Below are positions 62,300 to 64,000 of a stretch of DNA of 64,000 nucleotides, piece after piece. This DNA comes from an uncultured Candidatus Rokubacteria bacterium (GTDB lineage: Bacteria > Methylomirabilota > Methylomirabilia > Rokubacteriales > CSP1-6): assembly GCA_963762145.1 (NCBI GenBank), contig CAVXJS010000019.1, positions 96,001-160,000 of the forward strand. The letters are read 5' to 3'. Position numbers and translations under genes: made by a program. The notes beneath the pieces were generated by a model. That model saw only the letters and a program-made list of their open reading frames with translations, had not been told where the DNA came from and did not search any database. Position 1 is the stretch's first letter. Every line of letters starts with the position of its first letter.

Positions 62300-63690
62300 T
62301 CACGCCGCGGCCTCCGGGCACACCTCCGGAATGGTCTGGTCCAGCACCGAGACGATGCGGTCGATCTCGGGGCGGGTGAGGACGAGCGGCGGGGCCAGCA
62401 CGATGGTGTTGCCGAGGTGGCGCGCCGCCGCCCGAGCGGCCCGACGATCACCCCGCGCTCCTGGCAGCGGTCCACCAGCTTCTTGATCTGGGCGCGCGGG
62501 CATGATCGCCTTGGACTTGCGGTCGACGACCAGCTCGACGCCCGCGTAGAGGCCCTTGCCCCGCACGTCGCCGACCCACGGGTGGCGCATCAGGGTCTTG
62601 AGCCCGTCGAGGAGATAGGCGCCGTTCTCGGCCGAGCGCTGGGCCAGCTTCTCCTCGAGCAGGATCTCGATGTTGCGCAGGGCCACCGCCGCGGCCACCG
62701 GATGGCCGCCGTAGGTGTTGACCTGGTTGACCTGGCGGTTCTCGGACGCCTCGCCGATGAAGGACTGTGAAGACGCGAGTTGCGCACCACGGTGGCGGCC
62801 ATCGGCAGGTACGCGCTCGAGATGCCCTTGGCCACCGTGACGATGTCGGGCTTCACGCCCGCAGTGCTGGTGGGCGAAGAGCTCGCCCGGTGCGGCCGAA
62901 GCCGTTGATGACCTCGTCCACGTGCAGGAGGATGCCGTACTGCTTGCAGAGGTCGGCCACCGCGGGCAGGTAGCCGTCGGGAGGAACCGCTACGCCCGAC
63001 CGCGCTCATGACCGGCTCGATGATGACCTCGGCCACCGTCTCGGGGCCCTTCGCCCTGGATCGTCGTCTCCATGTTCTTGACGCAGGCCAGATCGCAGCT
63101 CGTGGGCTCGAGGCCGAAGGGGCAGCGGTAGCAGTAGGGCGGCGCCACGTGCACGAACTCGTTGCCGGAGAGCGGCTCGAACTTCATCTTGCGGTCGCCC
63201 ATGCCGCCCGCGGCCAGCGTGGCCAGCGTCGTGCCGTGGTAGCCGTAGTACCGGCTGATCGTCTTGTAGCGGTTCTGCTGCGGGTACTCGTGGCGCGGCG
63301 TACTGGCGCGCGAACTTGAACGCGGCCTCGTTGGCCTCCGAGCCCGAGCTGACGAAGTAGACGTGGTTGTCGCCGCCGAGCAGCCCGTTGACCTTCTCGG
63401 CCAGCGCGGCGGCGGGCAGCGTTCATCGCGGTGTGCGGGTAGTAGGAGAGCTTGCGCATCTGCTCGGCGGCCACGTCGGCGAGCTCGGTGCGGCCGTAGC
63501 CGATGTTCACGCACCAGAGCCCGGCCATGCCGTCGAGGTACTCGCGGCCGTCGGCGTCGACCACCGTCGAGTCCTTGGCGGAGACGATGACGAGCTGCTG
63601 CTGCTCGAGCTGCTTGTGCGGCACGATCGGGTGGATGACGTTGTCGAGGTCTTTCCTGACGACAACCGCGCGCTGGTCGGGGGTGGGCAT
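62300..63690 (-). CDS. Class III aminotransferase (many frameshifts)
   Basis: YLDGMAGLW, SGSEANE, GYHGTT, DEVINGFGR, AKGISS and NTYGGHP pieces across frames. Confidence 0.85.
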
Positions 63691-63710
63691 GGGGGCCTCC
63701 TGGTTGATGC

Positions 63711-64000
63711 CTAGCTCGAGACTTCCTCGGGTCGCAGCCGGAGCTTGGGGGCGTAGAACGAGGCCTCCTGGGCGCCGCGGAGGCACTGGCGCGTGAACTC
63801 GATCAGGTGGTGGCTGACCACCGCGGCCTGGATCATCTCCTCGGCCTGCCCGGCCCGCAGCGCGCGACCGGCGACGCGCCAGAACGTGGCGCGGTAGTCG
63901 CCGCGGATGCCGATCTGCCACACGATGCGCCCGAGGAGGGCCAGCCCGGACGCCACGTTGCGCCACGATGCCCGCTGCCGGTTCCGCGGATAGGCCGGGC
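63711..64000 (-). CDS. hpnP: C-terminus (DUF4070-like) of a B12-dependent radical SAM protein, hopanoid C-2 methylase-like
   Basis: QRASWRNVASGL...GIRGDYRATFWR...VVSHHLIEF...ASFY matches my recollection of HpnP C-termini; partial gene. Confidence 0.6.
   Translation of the reverse strand, partial: PAYPRNRQRASWRNVASGLALLGRIVWQIGIRGDYRATFWRVAGRALRAGQAEEMIQAAVVSHHLIEFTRQCLRGAQEASFYAPKLRLRPEEVSS

Noticed and set aside
62300-63690. Programmed frameshifting or pseudogene in the aminotransferase and other split genes
   Set aside because: No slippery heptamers seen; the indels are irregular and clustered, as expected for sequencing error.

Overview
Very GC-rich, gene-dense bacterial window with about 60 CDS. 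The orphan ABC substrate-binding proteins, CoA transferases, hydrolases and intergenic palindromes suggest a soil heterotroph such as Ca. Rokubacteria (inference only). No rRNA, tRNA or CRISPR array was seen. Main points: (1) a thioredoxin-fold protein at 44881-45982 has an in-frame TGA in its active site (WASW-U-GC) followed by a SECIS-like hairpin, so it is probably a selenoprotein that the ORF track splits, and it sits among AhpD-like and luciferase-like genes; (2) an envelope/stress island at 32835-40338 (glycine zipper, OmpA, BON, an unannotated 24-aa membrane peptide, a collagen-OmpA lipoprotein, HpnN/HpnM-like genes, PilZ) has six promoters sharing a TTGGACC-WW-GGTCCAA palindrome, similar to the DosR box, placed directly against the -35 element; (3) a complete IS481 element has a GCTAGC target duplication that supplies the stop codon of two converging genes; (4) there is an NYN-LOTUS protein with RG-rich tails, an msrB-dsbD-redoxin-DUF3500 operon and an HpnP-like C-terminus at the window edge. 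Clustered single-base frameshifts look like long-read consensus errors rather than pseudogenes.
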